The notes under the pieces were generated by a model. That model saw nothing but the letters and a program-made list of their open reading frames with translations. It had not been told where the DNA came from and made no database searches. Below, piece by piece: positions 35,739-45,894 of a stretch of 56,444 nt of DNA. The number at the start of each line of letters is the position of its first letter. The first letter of the stretch is position 1. The position numbers were made by a program, and so were the translations under genes. The DNA comes from Chloroflexota bacterium (GTDB lineage: Bacteria > Desulfobacterota > Binatia > UBA9968), in the NCBI GenBank assembly GCA_050257635.1, contig JBLMXG010000117.1, positions 1 to 56,444 on the forward strand. Reading direction: 5' to 3'.

Positions 35739-35791
35739 GGCGCCAAGGCGCAAAGGTAAAACGCGGATTCCGAACTTGGCGTCGTTGCGCC
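35739..35791. repeat. Imperfect inverted repeat, CGCAAAG/CTTGGCG REP-like family
   Basis: GGCGCCAAGGCGCAAAG ... CTTGGCGTCGTTGCGCC; related units near 48990 and 52980. Confidence 0.55.
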
Positions 35792-35835
35792 ATTGCTGGA
35801 GAAAATTTCGAATCTTCTAAGGAGATATTGGTTCG

Positions 35836-37077
35836 ATGGGTAAAGCTTTAGACGGCATTCGTATATTAGATATGACTCACGTGCAGTCGGGGCCGACCTG
35901 CACGCAGATCTTGGCCTGGTTCGGCGCCGACGTGATCAAAGTGGAGCTGCCCGGCCGCGGCGACATCACGCGCGGCCAGCTGCGCGATAAGCCGGGCGTG
36001 GACAGTCTTTATTTCACCATGCTCAACTGCAACAAGCGCAGCATCACGATCAACACCAAAAATGGGAAAGGCAAAGAAATCTTTACCAAGCTCATCCAGG
36101 CTTGCGACGTAATGGTGGAGAACTTTGCGCCCGGCGCGCTGGATCGCCAGGGCTTCACCTGGGAAGCGATCCACGAGCTCAATCCGCGCTTGATTTATGC
36201 CTCGGTCAAAGGTTTCGGCCCCGGTCCCTACGAAGACTGCAAAGTTTATGAAAACATCGCCCAGTGCACCGGCGGCGCGGCGAGCACGACAGGATTCGAC
36301 GATGGGCCGCCGCTAGTGACCGGCGCGCAAATCGGCGACTCAGGCACCGGCATTCATCTGGTCGCGGGAATTCTCGCGGCGCTTTTTCAGCGCGAGAGAA
36401 CCGGCCAGGGCCAGCGCGTCATCTGCGCCATGCAGGACACGGTGCTCAATCTCTGCCGCGTCAAGCTGCGCGACCAACAGAGGTTGGCCGCCGGACCGCT
36501 GATGGAATATCCGCAATATCCCAACGGCGTGTTCGGCGACGCGGTGCCGCGCGCGGGCAACGCCTCGGGCGGCGGACAGCCGGGCTGGGCGGTGCGCACC
36601 AAGGGCGGCGGTCCGAACGATTACATTTATGTCATCATCCAGCCGCCCGGCTGGGAGCCGCTGATGAAACTCTGCGGCCGGCCGGAACTGATCACTGATC
36701 CCGAATGGGCGACACCCGAAAAGCGCTTGCCAAAGCTCGACAAATGCTTCGAGATTATCGAGCAGTGGGCGATGAAACTCGACAAGCTGGAAGTGATGCG
36801 CCAGTTTAACAAGTTCGATATTCCCTGCGGGCCGATCCTCGATTTGCGCGAGATCGCCGCCGAGCAGGCGCTGCGCGACACCGGTACCGTGGTCGAGGTT
36901 GATCATCCGAAACGCGGCAAGTTTCTCACCGTCGGCAATCCGATCAAATTGTCCGACTCGCCTACAGAGGTAAAACCTTCGCCGCTGCTCGGCGAACACA
37001 CCGACGAGATTTTGAAATCCATCGTCGGTTGGAGCGACGCGGAGATCGCTGCGGCGCGCAAGGAAGGCGCGGTCTGA
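35836..37077 (+). CDS. frc: Formyl-CoA:oxalate CoA-transferase
   Basis: [52 protein letters not shown] tetraglycine-type loop. Confidence 0.92.
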   Translation: MGKALDGIRILDMTHVQSGPTCTQILAWFGADVIKVELPGRGDITRGQLRDKPGVDSLYFTMLNCNKRSITINTKNGKGKEIFTKLIQACDVMVENFAPGALDRQGFTWEAIHELNPRLIYASVKGFGPGPYEDCKVYENIAQCTGGAASTTGFDDGPPLVTGAQIGDSGTGIHLVAGILAALFQRERTGQGQRVICAMQDTVLNLCRVKLRDQQRLAAGPLMEYPQYPNGVFGDAVPRAGNASGGGQPGWAVRTKGGGPNDYIYVIIQPPGWEPLMKLCGRPELITDPEWATPEKRLPKLDKCFEIIEQWAMKLDKLEVMRQFNKFDIPCGPILDLREIAAEQALRDTGTVVEVDHPKRGKFLTVGNPIKLSDSPTEVKPSPLLGEHTDEILKSIVGWSDAEIAAARKEGAV

Positions 37078-37141
37078 TACGACACCGGGAGGCGACAACG
37101 CTGCTCATCCGCCGGCCGTTTGCCATCGATAAGCATCGAGA

Positions 37142-37169
37142 AAGATCCCTCACGTTCGTTCGGGATGAC
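37142..37169. repeat. REP-like extragenic element half
   Basis: AAGATCCCTCACGTTCGTTCGGGATGAC, similar to AGATTTCTCCGTTTCGTCGAAATGAC at about 49062. Confidence 0.45.
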
Positions 37170-37340
37170 GCCCGCGGTACTGCATCTGTCGTTTCGAGCC
37201 CTTCGCAGATACCCCGGGCAAACCCCACGAGTAATCTTCCTCGAATCGCGCTATTTCTGGATCGATCGAACCGCTTACACAGCGTCGATCATTCCTACTT
37301 AATCATTCATCACTGACGTCCCGAACCTCCGGAGGTGTTG

Positions 37341-39461
37341 ATGAACAAGAAGACCTTGCGCGCATTGATCGACAACGCTCGCGTCGCCCGACGCGCCGCT
37401 CTTACTGCGCCCGAGGCGCAGCTCCTTTGCGATGCCTACGGCATTCCCACGCCCAAGCAGGGCTTGGCCAAAACCGCCGCCGAAGCGGTTAGGCTAGGTG
37501 CGCGGCTGCGATATCCTGTCGCGATGAAGATCGTCTCGGACGACCTCCTGCACAAGACCGAAGCGGGGGGAGTCGTTGTCGGCGTCCAATCGGCTACCGA
37601 GATCCGTCGCGCCTTCGACCGGCTGATCAAGAGCGCCAAGGCATACAAGTCGTCTGCCACGATCCAAGGTGTCCAGGTGCAGCAGATGGTCGCGGGCGGG
37701 CAGGAGGTGATGGTCGGCGCGGTCACCGACCCGAGCTTCGGCAAGATGGTAGCCTTCGGCCTAGGCGGCGTTTTGGTCGAGGTAATGAAAGACATCACTT
37801 TCCGCCTGGCGCCGGTGACCAAAAAAGATGCGCTGTCGATGCTCGATTCGGTCAGCGCGGCCGAAGTGCTGCGCGGCGTGCGCGGTGGAAAAAGCATCGA
37901 CCGCGCGGTCCTGGCCGGCATCATCTGCAGGGTATCCAAGCTGGTGCACGACTTTCCGGAGATTCGAGAAGTCGATCTGAATCCGATCTTCGCTACGAAC
38001 AAAGGCGCCAAGGCCGTCGATGTGCGCGTCGTTCTCGGCGATAAATTTACGGCGAGAGAGCACTTCGGTCAAAGCGAGATTCTCGGCGCGATGCAGCGGA
38101 TCATGAATCCGCGCTCAGTCGCCGTGATCGGCGCTTCCGCCGAAGACGGCAAGATCGGCAACTCGGTGATGAAAAACCTCATCAACGGCGGCTATCAAGG
38201 CGCGATCTATCCGATCCATCCGAAGGCGGCGGAGATCCTTGATCGGAAAGCGTACCGGAGCGTCCTCGACGTCGCCGAAGAAATCGACGTGGCGGTATTC
38301 GCGATCCCGGCGAAATTTTGCGCCGCGGCGATGGACGAAGTTGGGCGGAAAAAGATCCCCGGCGCGGTGATGATTCCCTCGGGCTTTGCCGAGGTCGGCG
38401 AGCAAGCGCTGCAGGATGAGCTGCTCGGCGTCGCGCGCAAGTACAACGTGCGCGTGATGGGGCCGAATATCTACGGTTTCTATTATACGCCGCGAAATCT
38501 CTGCGCGACCTTCTGCACGCCCTACGACGTCAAGGGCAAGGTCGCACTCAGCTCGCAATCCGGCGGCGTCGGCATGTCGATCATCGGCTTCTCGCGCACT
38601 ACGCGCATGGGCGTATCCGCGATCGTAGGCCTCGGCAACAAGTCGGACCTCGACGAAGATGATCTCTTGACCTATTTCGAGCAGGACGACAACACTCAAG
38701 TGATTGCCATGCACTGCGAAGACTTGAAAGACGGCCGCGCCTTCGCCGATGTGGCGAGCCGGGTTTCAAAGAAGAAGCCGATCGTCATGCTCAAGGCGGG
38801 ACGGACGGCGCTCGGGGCGCGGGCGGCCGCTTCGCATACCGGCGCACTGGCCGGTGACGACAAGATCTACGACGATGTGCTGCGCCAGTGCGGCGTGATT
38901 CGCGCCAAGAGCTTGAACGACTTGCTGCAATTCGCTCGCGGCCTGCAAGTGCTGCCCAATCCACAAGGAGAAAACGTCGTCATCATTACCGGCGCGGGCG
39001 GGTCGGGGGTTTTGCTCTCGGACGCCTGCGTTGACAACGGCCTCTCGCTGATGAAGATGCCGCCGGATATGGACGCTGCTTTCCGCAAATTCATCCCGCC
39101 CTTCGGCGCGTCAGGCAATCCCATCGATATCACGGGCGGCGAACCGCCGACGACTTATGCCAACACCATTCGCTACGCCCTCGGCGAGCCGCGTATTCAT
39201 GCGCTGATTCTCGGCTACTGGCACACGATCATCACGCCGCCAATGGTCTTCGCCAAACTCTGCGCCGAAGTTGTCGAGGAGGCGCGAGCCAAGGGCGTCG
39301 ACAAGCCCGTAGTCGCATCGCTGGTCGGCGACGTGCAGGTGGAAGAGGCGAGCGAGTATCTCTACGAGCGCGGCATCGTCGCGTATCCCTACACGACCGA
39401 GCTGCCGGTCGCGGTGCTTGGCGCCAAATATCGATGGGCGAGGGGAGCGGGAGTGATTTGA
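37341..39461 (+). CDS. ADP-forming acyl-CoA synthetase (acetate-CoA ligase family), ATP-grasp domain first, CoA-binding/ligase domains after
   Basis: YPVAMKIVS..LLHKTEAGGV, DPSFG, DLNP; SVAVIGAS, SGFAE, MGPN, SQSGG, GNKSDL, AASHTGALAG phospho-His; GGAGG RBS. Confidence 0.88.
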   Translation: MNKKTLRALIDNARVARRAALTAPEAQLLCDAYGIPTPKQGLAKTAAEAVRLGARLRYPVAMKIVSDDLLHKTEAGGVVVGVQSATEIRRAFDRLIKSAKAYKSSATIQGVQVQQMVAGGQEVMVGAVTDPSFGKMVAFGLGGVLVEVMKDITFRLAPVTKKDALSMLDSVSAAEVLRGVRGGKSIDRAVLAGIICRVSKLVHDFPEIREVDLNPIFATNKGAKAVDVRVVLGDKFTAREHFGQSEILGAMQRIMNPRSVAVIGASAEDGKIGNSVMKNLINGGYQGAIYPIHPKAAEILDRKAYRSVLDVAEEIDVAVFAIPAKFCAAAMDEVGRKKIPGAVMIPSGFAEVGEQALQDELLGVARKYNVRVMGPNIYGFYYTPRNLCATFCTPYDVKGKVALSSQSGGVGMSIIGFSRTTRMGVSAIVGLGNKSDLDEDDLLTYFEQDDNTQVIAMHCEDLKDGRAFADVASRVSKKKPIVMLKAGRTALGARAAASHTGALAGDDKIYDDVLRQCGVIRAKSLNDLLQFARGLQVLPNPQGENVVIITGAGGSGVLLSDACVDNGLSLMKMPPDMDAAFRKFIPPFGASGNPIDITGGEPPTTYANTIRYALGEPRIHALILGYWHTIITPPMVFAKLCAEVVEEARAKGVDKPVVASLVGDVQVEEASEYLYERGIVAYPYTTELPVAVLGAKYRWARGAGVI

Positions 39462-39667
39462 GGATCAGTTTCGCTCGACCTCAAAAACGCGAGTTCCTGC
39501 GGTGGCATGGTTTTGGGGTTTCGCAATGATTTTTTGCCCGCGGGTATGAGCATGGTTGCCTCTCGCTTTGCTGAAGAGACCCAAAGTGAGAAGGATTAAG
39601 ATTTCGAGCACCCTGACTTCTGTCCTCTCCCGCCAAGCGGGCTAAAAATTCGACATCCTCGAATTTC

Positions 39668-40816
39668 TTACCGATACGCCTCCTCCGGCATGTTGAAATC
39701 CGCGCCTTCTTTGGCCAACTGATCCTGGAACATCGTGCAAATATAGGGGTCTTCATCGCGGTATTCGATGGTGTGGCCGCCTTCTTTTATGTCGAGGTTC
39801 AAACCCCACCAATCTTTTCCAGGAACGCCCTTGACCCGCTTGGGATAGCCGCCGAGGAAGGCGAGCACGCGCAACGGTTCCTTGGATGCGCCGAAGTGGC
39901 CATGGAACCAGCCGGCGTCGCCTGGCGCCGCGCTCACGATACCGCCGGGCTTGTAGTCCTGGCGCTGGACCAATTCGCCCTTACCGTCCTTCCACGGCGT
40001 CGTCCCCGCCTCGCCGGGCCACGTGATCGTGTAGCCCTTGCCGCCTAGACAGAGCAGCACCGGGCCGGCTTCATGGGCGTGACAACGCGAGTAGCGGCCG
40101 GGCGCGTACTGCGCGATGAACCCGTTAAAACTATTTCCGGATAAACTCCAGAAGAAAGTCCGGTGGCCCACGCCACGCTGGCCATCGACCGGAAGCTCCA
40201 CGCGGTCCGCGTCCGGGATGATGTTGCCATAGTTGCGCGCGCGGCCGTGGCGCGGATCTTTGCCGAGCTCGGTATGCGCTTTGAAATAGTCCCCGCGGCC
40301 GTCGTAGCGATCTTTGAACTCGTATGGATTGTTGAACAGCGCGTCCTGACTCCGGTAGAGGTGGAAGACCGGCGGCGCGTTGGTTACACCCAGCAGCAGG
40401 GCAGGGCTGGAAGTCGCGTTGACGATGCGGTGCCAGGTGTTGAGTGGCGGAGAGAAGAGGCTACCCGGCTGCCACTCGAAGGTCTGCTTCTTGTTGGCAT
40501 CGTCGCCGCTCCAGATCTCCGTCGTGCCGCGCCCCTCGAGCACGTAGAAGATCTCTTCGTACATGTGCTTTTCGGAAGTTATGGCGCCAGCGCCGGACAC
40601 CTCGATCGCGTAAATTCCCTGAAGCCCGCCGCAGCCGTTAAGCTCGATGAACGCGCCCTGCGCGCCCATCCGCGGCCAGCTTCCCAGCGTCAGATCCCGA
40701 ATGTCGTAGAACCCGATCACGCCGCGATGGATCGGCAGCTTTTGCTCCTCCATGTAAATCTCATACGGCGTCGCTTGCCGTACCCAGCGTTTGGTGCCAA
40801 CGAAGTCTTCCGCCAT
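39668..40816 (-). CDS. Bicupin protein (gentisate dioxygenase-like fold)
   Basis: KHMYEE.FYVL.G.G, PPLNTWH, CHAH, WFHGHF. Confidence 0.75.
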   Translation of the reverse strand: MAEDFVGTKRWVRQATPYEIYMEEQKLPIHRGVIGFYDIRDLTLGSWPRMGAQGAFIELNGCGGLQGIYAIEVSGAGAITSEKHMYEEIFYVLEGRGTTEIWSGDDANKKQTFEWQPGSLFSPPLNTWHRIVNATSSPALLLGVTNAPPVFHLYRSQDALFNNPYEFKDRYDGRGDYFKAHTELGKDPRHGRARNYGNIIPDADRVELPVDGQRGVGHRTFFWSLSGNSFNGFIAQYAPGRYSRCHAHEAGPVLLCLGGKGYTITWPGEAGTTPWKDGKGELVQRQDYKPGGIVSAAPGDAGWFHGHFGASKEPLRVLAFLGGYPKRVKGVPGKDWWGLNLDIKEGGHTIEYRDEDPYICTMFQDQLAKEGADFNMPEEAYR

Positions 40817-41279
40817 ACCCGGTTGCCTCCTTCGACTCTCCAGTTTGTCGCATTGGCAGCGGGGTCAATGCAAGCGTTCTTATCCTGCCTGGTTCGCCGG
40901 CGTACACTCGGACTATCGAACGTTCATTTAAAACTCGCGAGTCCGCGCTCTCGTTGCGACTTAAACGCGTCAGCGATAAAGCCCGCCTGCCTTATGCCGT
41001 ACCGGTTGAGCTCGCGCTTTACTTGTCGACCGCGGCAATTGAGGTGCATTTTGTGGCGGTAGTGTCGGCGCTGAACGGCCGGGCGGTCAACCTTGAGTTG
41101 GCGGTTGTAGTGGCGTATCCGACCATCGTGATCGTCCAGCGCACCATGCGGGATAAACCGACCTGCGCCGTCTGAGTTTTCCCTACGACTGAAAAAGCCA
41201 AATCAGGTTTTTTTTCACATGCGACAAATCTCGGATTTGTTTGCCGTTGAATTTAAAGACATTTCTTTCTTCGTGGTCG

Positions 41280-41295
41280 TGGTACGCAGTTTGCG
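41280..41295 (+). promoter_or_regulatory. Putative sigma-54 promoter
   Basis: TGGTACGCAGTTTGCG, GG-N10-GC spacing, close to consensus TGGCACG-N4-TTGC. Confidence 0.6.
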
Positions 41296-41307
41296 TTTTC
41301 AGGGTGC

Positions 41308-41463
41308 ATGATTACAAAGTACCAGAAGATCCGCCGCCGAATCATCGTGGCGGCGGGTATTACTGCTGCTTTGTGGGCTACAGGCGCTCTGAGCGTACTC
41401 GCGCTAAGGCTGACGGGAACTGGCGAGGATCTGTTCTTTGTTTTGGCATCAGCACCGTTTTGA
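41308..41463 (+). CDS. Small membrane protein (51 aa), possibly frameshifted
   Basis: MITKYQKIRRRIIVAAGITAALWATGALSVLAL...: basic N-terminus plus hydrophobic helix, directly after the sigma-54 motif; below the ORF-track cutoff. Confidence 0.4.
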   Translation: MITKYQKIRRRIIVAAGITAALWATGALSVLALRLTGTGEDLFFVLASAPF

Positions 41464-41615
41464 CGGGCGCGAGGCTGGCAGCGTTTTTTGGCGTTTGCCT
41501 TTGATCCATGAAGTAGAAGGAAATGTCATACAGCCGCGGTGGTGGAAGACCACCACCGCCCGATGAAGCGCTGATGGCCACCTGCGCAGTCTTTGGCCAC
41601 GAGAAAGGGGGCTAT

Positions 41616-42185
41616 ATGAATAGAACTCTTTTTCTTCTTTTTATTTTCTGTTCTCTCTTTCTTATTTCAGCTATGCCAGCCGCGGCTGAGAATCAAACCT
41701 GGACGGTGCGACCCGGCGATAGTCTTGACATCATTGCAACGACTCTCGAAATTCCCAAAGAAGAAATTAAAAATCAGAATCCCCGGGTTTTGGAGACTAA
41801 TATCCAAATCGGCCAGAAGCTGAAACTGCCGCTTCGCTCATACGCAGAGAGTAAAGCGCTGGAAAAAGAACTGAGTAAAAAAGATGCGCGGATTGGACAG
41901 CTCGAAAGAACCAGCAGTGATTCCGAGGCAAAACTCGCTAGCGCAGAATCGCAGTTGCGCTGGCAGCCCATCTGGTTTTGGGGATTCTGGTTGTTTTTCG
42001 GCGTTATCGCATTCATAGTTTCCGGTGCCTGTTGGATTTTTCGCCAAACGCATCCGCGGGTTTTTGAGGAGCCGCATGAACGGTCCATCGGAGACTTAAG
42101 AGAAAGCCAGATACGAGTGTGGTCATCATTTCCGCACGAAGAAGATTTGCAAGTAGCCACGGAGGCGCACGGCAGTCGTTACTGA
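41616..42185 (+). CDS. LysM-domain protein with signal peptide, coiled coil and C-terminal TM
   Basis: Signal AMPAAA, WTVRPGDSLDIIA...N...IQIGQKLKLP, heptad segment, WFWGFWLFFGVIAFIV. Confidence 0.8.
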   Translation: MNRTLFLLFIFCSLFLISAMPAAAENQTWTVRPGDSLDIIATTLEIPKEEIKNQNPRVLETNIQIGQKLKLPLRSYAESKALEKELSKKDARIGQLERTSSDSEAKLASAESQLRWQPIWFWGFWLFFGVIAFIVSGACWIFRQTHPRVFEEPHERSIGDLRESQIRVWSSFPHEEDLQVATEAHGSRY

Positions 42186-42490
42186 AGTGCTTCATAGAGG
42201 TTAAACAAAATCGACCTACTGCGGCAATGTCCCCGAATGTGCTGGCGCGGGCGAGCGGAGCGAGCAAGTCGCTTTGCCTGTCCCGCACTCCCACTTTCCC
42301 GAGATTTTGACCGCCGCCTTCCTTCGCCGCTTAAATGTTAACAGTCGCTTCCGCCCAAGCCGTCGGTGGCCGGTGCTCTTAAAAAGATCCCTTGACAGTC
42401 GGCCCTCCTCGGGCATAAACCACCAGGCAAGAAAGTTACAGGCTGAGCTAGGTCTGTAGATCCGGTTACCTCTTTGAATCGTTTTACATT

Positions 42491-42524
42491 AGCCCGGACT
42501 GGAGTTATCCAGCCGGGCTTTTTG
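42491..42524 (+). terminator. Intrinsic terminator-like hairpin
   Basis: AGCCCGG(A)CTGGA-GTTA-TCCAGCCGGGCT followed by TTTT. Confidence 0.65.
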
Positions 42525-42664
42525 TTTGCAGAGTCGAGGCCGCAAGCGAAAATTGCGAGCTCTAGCGTTTAGGCGGCTGATATAGGCTTACTCAAAAAAA
42601 CGCAACGGTAGTTGATGAGCAGGTAGCGATTAGGCGATCGAATGCAATGGGACGGAGGGGTCTT

Positions 42665-43702
42665 ATGATGAACTCTGATGATTGCTCGAAAATATCGCTC
42701 GAAGCGCGACATCGTAGGCCTGCTTTCCGTAATTGTCTTGCGGCGGCTGTGATGGTAGTGCTGTTGGGTTTTGGCGTAAAGGCATTCGCTCAATCTATCA
42801 AGGTCGGTTACGCCGCTCTGGTCGCGGGGCAGGTCGCCGTTTGGATTGCTAAAGACGGCGGCTACCTCGCAAATCACGGCATCGACGCGGAGCTTATCTA
42901 TATTCCCGCGACCACGGCGACGCAGGCACTGATTGCCGGCGAAATTCAGTTGGCTCAAGTCACCGGGGTCTCCACCGCCGGCGCGATCTTGTCAGGGGCG
43001 GATGTGAGAATTATCGCCAGCGTGCAAAACAAGCTCGCCGGCTCGATTTACGTCCGTCCGGAAATCAAGAGTCCGGAGCAGCTCAAAGGGAAAAGACTCG
43101 GAATATCCCGGTTCGGCGCTTTGAGCGACACGGCAGCGGGAATTTTTCTTGAACGCTTCGGCCTGAAGCGCGGCACGGATGTGGCCGTTATTCAGATGGG
43201 TGGTTTGCCGGAGGTTATCACCGCAATGGACAAAGGGGCGATCCAGGCGGGTTTCGCCAATCCACCGCAAACCATTCGGGCCAGACACCTCGGCATGAAA
43301 GAGCTTTTTGATTTGAACAGCCTCGGCATCGAGCTGCAACAAACTTGCCTCACGGTGACGACCAAGTATCTGCGCGAGCATCGGCCCGTTGTAAAGTCTT
43401 TCGTCGAGGCTTACGCGGAGGGTCTGCATCGCTTCATGACGGACCGGGACTTTTCCATTCAAGTGATGAAAAAGTATTTGCGCCTAAACGACAAGGAGCT
43501 ACTGGACGATGCCTATGCCTTTTATTCCGAAAGGCTCGAAAAAATCCCTTATCCCACGATCAAGGGTATAAAGTTTATTTTAAATGATATGGCTGAAACA
43601 CATCCGCAGGCGAAAAAAACATCGCCCGAGAGTTTTGTCGATCTTTCGGTGCTGCAAGAATTGGAACAGAGCGGATTTTTTAAACAGCTCTGGAAAAACT
43701 AG
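42665..43702 (+). CDS. ABC transporter substrate-binding protein (NMT1/SsuA-like)
   Basis: Signal peptide, WIAKDGGY...GID.EL, QAL.AGEI, LKGKRLGISRFG; start uncertain. Confidence 0.85.
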   Translation: MMNSDDCSKISLEARHRRPAFRNCLAAAVMVVLLGFGVKAFAQSIKVGYAALVAGQVAVWIAKDGGYLANHGIDAELIYIPATTATQALIAGEIQLAQVTGVSTAGAILSGADVRIIASVQNKLAGSIYVRPEIKSPEQLKGKRLGISRFGALSDTAAGIFLERFGLKRGTDVAVIQMGGLPEVITAMDKGAIQAGFANPPQTIRARHLGMKELFDLNSLGIELQQTCLTVTTKYLREHRPVVKSFVEAYAEGLHRFMTDRDFSIQVMKKYLRLNDKELLDDAYAFYSERLEKIPYPTIKGIKFILNDMAETHPQAKKTSPESFVDLSVLQELEQSGFFKQLWKN

Positions 43703-44113
43703 CCGCCGCCCATCGACTCTGTTGTTTTTGACAATTGGCGGCGCGCCCTGGTTTGTAGGTGCCAGCGCCGGTGCACAGCAAAATTTCCTTACATTGCAAA
43801 GGATTTTCAGCCGGCGAGTAGTCCAGCCGGCGCGAACCATCGATAGTAAACAGTAAAAGTAAACGCGTGACGCTGACTCGCCGTGGACTCACAGCGGTAT
43901 CACGAGATTTAAAAATCGCCAATAACCGTGCAGTGATTGATTTGAAAGGATCAGTCGCGGTATGTAGCAAGGGGCAGATTTTGACAAGCTCAGCGCCAGT
44001 GGGCGGAGAACGCGCTTCAGGGCGATCTTGCCGTGCGCGACGCTCGCTGGTCGGAAGCAATTTCAGTTGGAGCAAGCTAGGGAACCGGCGAAATGCACTG
44101 GAAAGGAAGACGT

Positions 44114-45148
44114 ATGTACCGCAAGCCGAAATTTCTAATGGCCAGCTTGATTCTAAGTTACTTCATCACTGGAGTGGCCTTGGCGGCCAGCGACGAAGGA
44201 TTCTATAAAGGGAAGACGCTTCGTTTGCTTGTGGCCTTTGCCCCTGGCGGGGGTTTTGACACCTACAGTCGGGCCATTGGCCGCCACTTGGGCAAAAACA
44301 TTCCGGGCAATCCTTCGGTTGTCGTTGATAACATGACCGGCGCCGGCGGTTTCATTCATGCCAATTACATGTACCGGCAGGCCAAGCCCGACGGTCTCAC
44401 TCTCGGCAACAACATCGGCGGCTTGATCCTGCAGCAGATTATGGGGGCAAAGGGAGCCAACTTCGACGGCAAAGGATTCGAGTTTATCGGGGCGCCTTCC
44501 GTCGACCATCCGGTTTGCGTGTTGACCAAGGCCAGCGGCATCACCAACATGGATCAATGGTTCGCGGCGAAGCGGCCCGTAAAATTGGGCGGTGTTGGCG
44601 CGGGTGGCTCGGCTTCCGATGTCGCTAGGGCCGTCCAAGCGGCATTGAAACTGCCGATCCGAGTCGTCGAACCCTATAAAGGCACCGCCGAGATAAAATT
44701 GGCCGCCGAAGGCGGGGAGCTGGACGGAGGTTGTTGGGCTTGGGAGTCAATGAAGACAATGTGGCCAAGGGCGCTGGAAACCGGGGACGTGAAGGTTATC
44801 GTCTTGGTGATGCCGAAAAAACTTCCCGACCTCCCTAATGTTCCCCTGGCTATCGATTACGCCAAAACTGACGATGCGCGCCGAGTTTTGAAGTACGCCG
44901 TTCATGACATCGCCACGCTGACGCGTATCTATTTCGTGCCGCCCGGAACGCCAAAAAACCGCGTACAAACTTTGCGCAAAGCTTTTGCCGACACGCTCAA
45001 GGATCCAGAGTTCCTCGCTGACGCGAAGAAGTCGAAATTGGACATCGAGCCCGTAGCCGGCGAAGAGCTGCAAAAGCTCGTGCAGAATATCTATAAAATC
45101 GACCCGTCCACGCTCGCGCGGCTTAAAGAAGTGCTATTGCCGAAGTGA
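44114..45148 (+). CDS. Tripartite tricarboxylate transporter (TctC/Bug-like) substrate-binding protein
   Basis: FYKGKTL, FAPGGGFD..SR, NMTGAGG, PDGLT, PPGTP..RV..LRKAF...KDPEF. Confidence 0.85.
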   Translation: MYRKPKFLMASLILSYFITGVALAASDEGFYKGKTLRLLVAFAPGGGFDTYSRAIGRHLGKNIPGNPSVVVDNMTGAGGFIHANYMYRQAKPDGLTLGNNIGGLILQQIMGAKGANFDGKGFEFIGAPSVDHPVCVLTKASGITNMDQWFAAKRPVKLGGVGAGGSASDVARAVQAALKLPIRVVEPYKGTAEIKLAAEGGELDGGCWAWESMKTMWPRALETGDVKVIVLVMPKKLPDLPNVPLAIDYAKTDDARRVLKYAVHDIATLTRIYFVPPGTPKNRVQTLRKAFADTLKDPEFLADAKKSKLDIEPVAGEELQKLVQNIYKIDPSTLARLKEVLLPK

Positions 45149-45322
45149 CGAAAGAAGCTAGAAAAGGGGACAATCAATTTTTTGCGCTGCCAATACAAAA
45201 TCGAGGATCAAGCAGGCAAAAAGATCAGGTCTAGCAACGAAGCGCGCGGCCGACCGCTTTTGTTGTCAACACAGCTTGCGGTGAACAGGCCCAACCCGAT
45301 TGGAACACAAAGTTACGGCTAG

Positions 45323-45637
45323 TCAGTCGAGGTCCAAAGCAAATCGGATTGCCTCATCGACCCGCCGGATCTTTTCCTCGGAGAGGGCCGTGATTCGCTG
45401 CTTGATAAAAACTTTCGGTAGAGTCGTGATGTCGTCAAGATTGACCACCCAACGAGCCGGCATACCGTCGCTGCGGTCCAAGATCACTTCAACGGGCATA
45501 TTTCGAATCGTGCGAGTGATCGGCGCGACGGTAATGGCGGTGCGTACGCGATGCGCTGCATCGCGGCTCAAGAGCAGTGCGGAACGCCGCCCGGCAGGCG
45601 GCGGCATGTCAACCCACCAAACCTCGCTGCGCTTCAT
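45323..45637 (-). CDS. MazF/PemK-family mRNA interferase toxin
   Basis: MKRSEVWWVD, RR.ALLLSRD, VAPIT, EV.L...DGM, VVNLD.I.TL. Confidence 0.85.
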   Translation of the reverse strand: MKRSEVWWVDMPPPAGRRSALLLSRDAAHRVRTAITVAPITRTIRNMPVEVILDRSDGMPARWVVNLDDITTLPKVFIKQRITALSEEKIRRVDEAIRFALDLD

Positions 45638-45894
45638 TACCACTTCTCTTTAGGCAGCCGTTTGGAAAGCAATTTAGCGGAGCTCTCAGCCCAGTCGAGA
45701 CTTTCCGGATGGCTTTGGTGCCCTTCGATATACAATCGATCGAGCTCTTTGGCATGCAGGCTTTTCAAGCGCTGCTGGCAGGCTTCACGGATGAACGCTG
45801 AGCGGATCTCCGCCACAACACCTGCGGTTGCGTCAATCCGTTTTAATAACTCCTCGTCCATGGGCACTGGGATGATCTTGGTGCTCTTCGCCAT
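45637..45894 (-). CDS. Ribbon-helix-helix (CopG-like) antitoxin
   Basis: IIPVPMDEELLKRID...RSAFIREA; TAATG overlap with toxin. Confidence 0.8.
   Translation of the reverse strand: MAKSTKIIPVPMDEELLKRIDATAGVVAEIRSAFIREACQQRLKSLHAKELDRLYIEGHQSHPESLDWAESSAKLLSKRLPKEKW

Noticed and set aside
40954-41175. 73-aa hydrophobic ORF
   Set aside because: TTG start without RBS and no recognisable family; cannot be supported
42430-42480. TPP riboswitch (GCTGAG ... GATCCGGTTA) before the NMT1-like gene
   Set aside because: It lacks the ACCTGA junction and GCGNAGG elements and the expected stems
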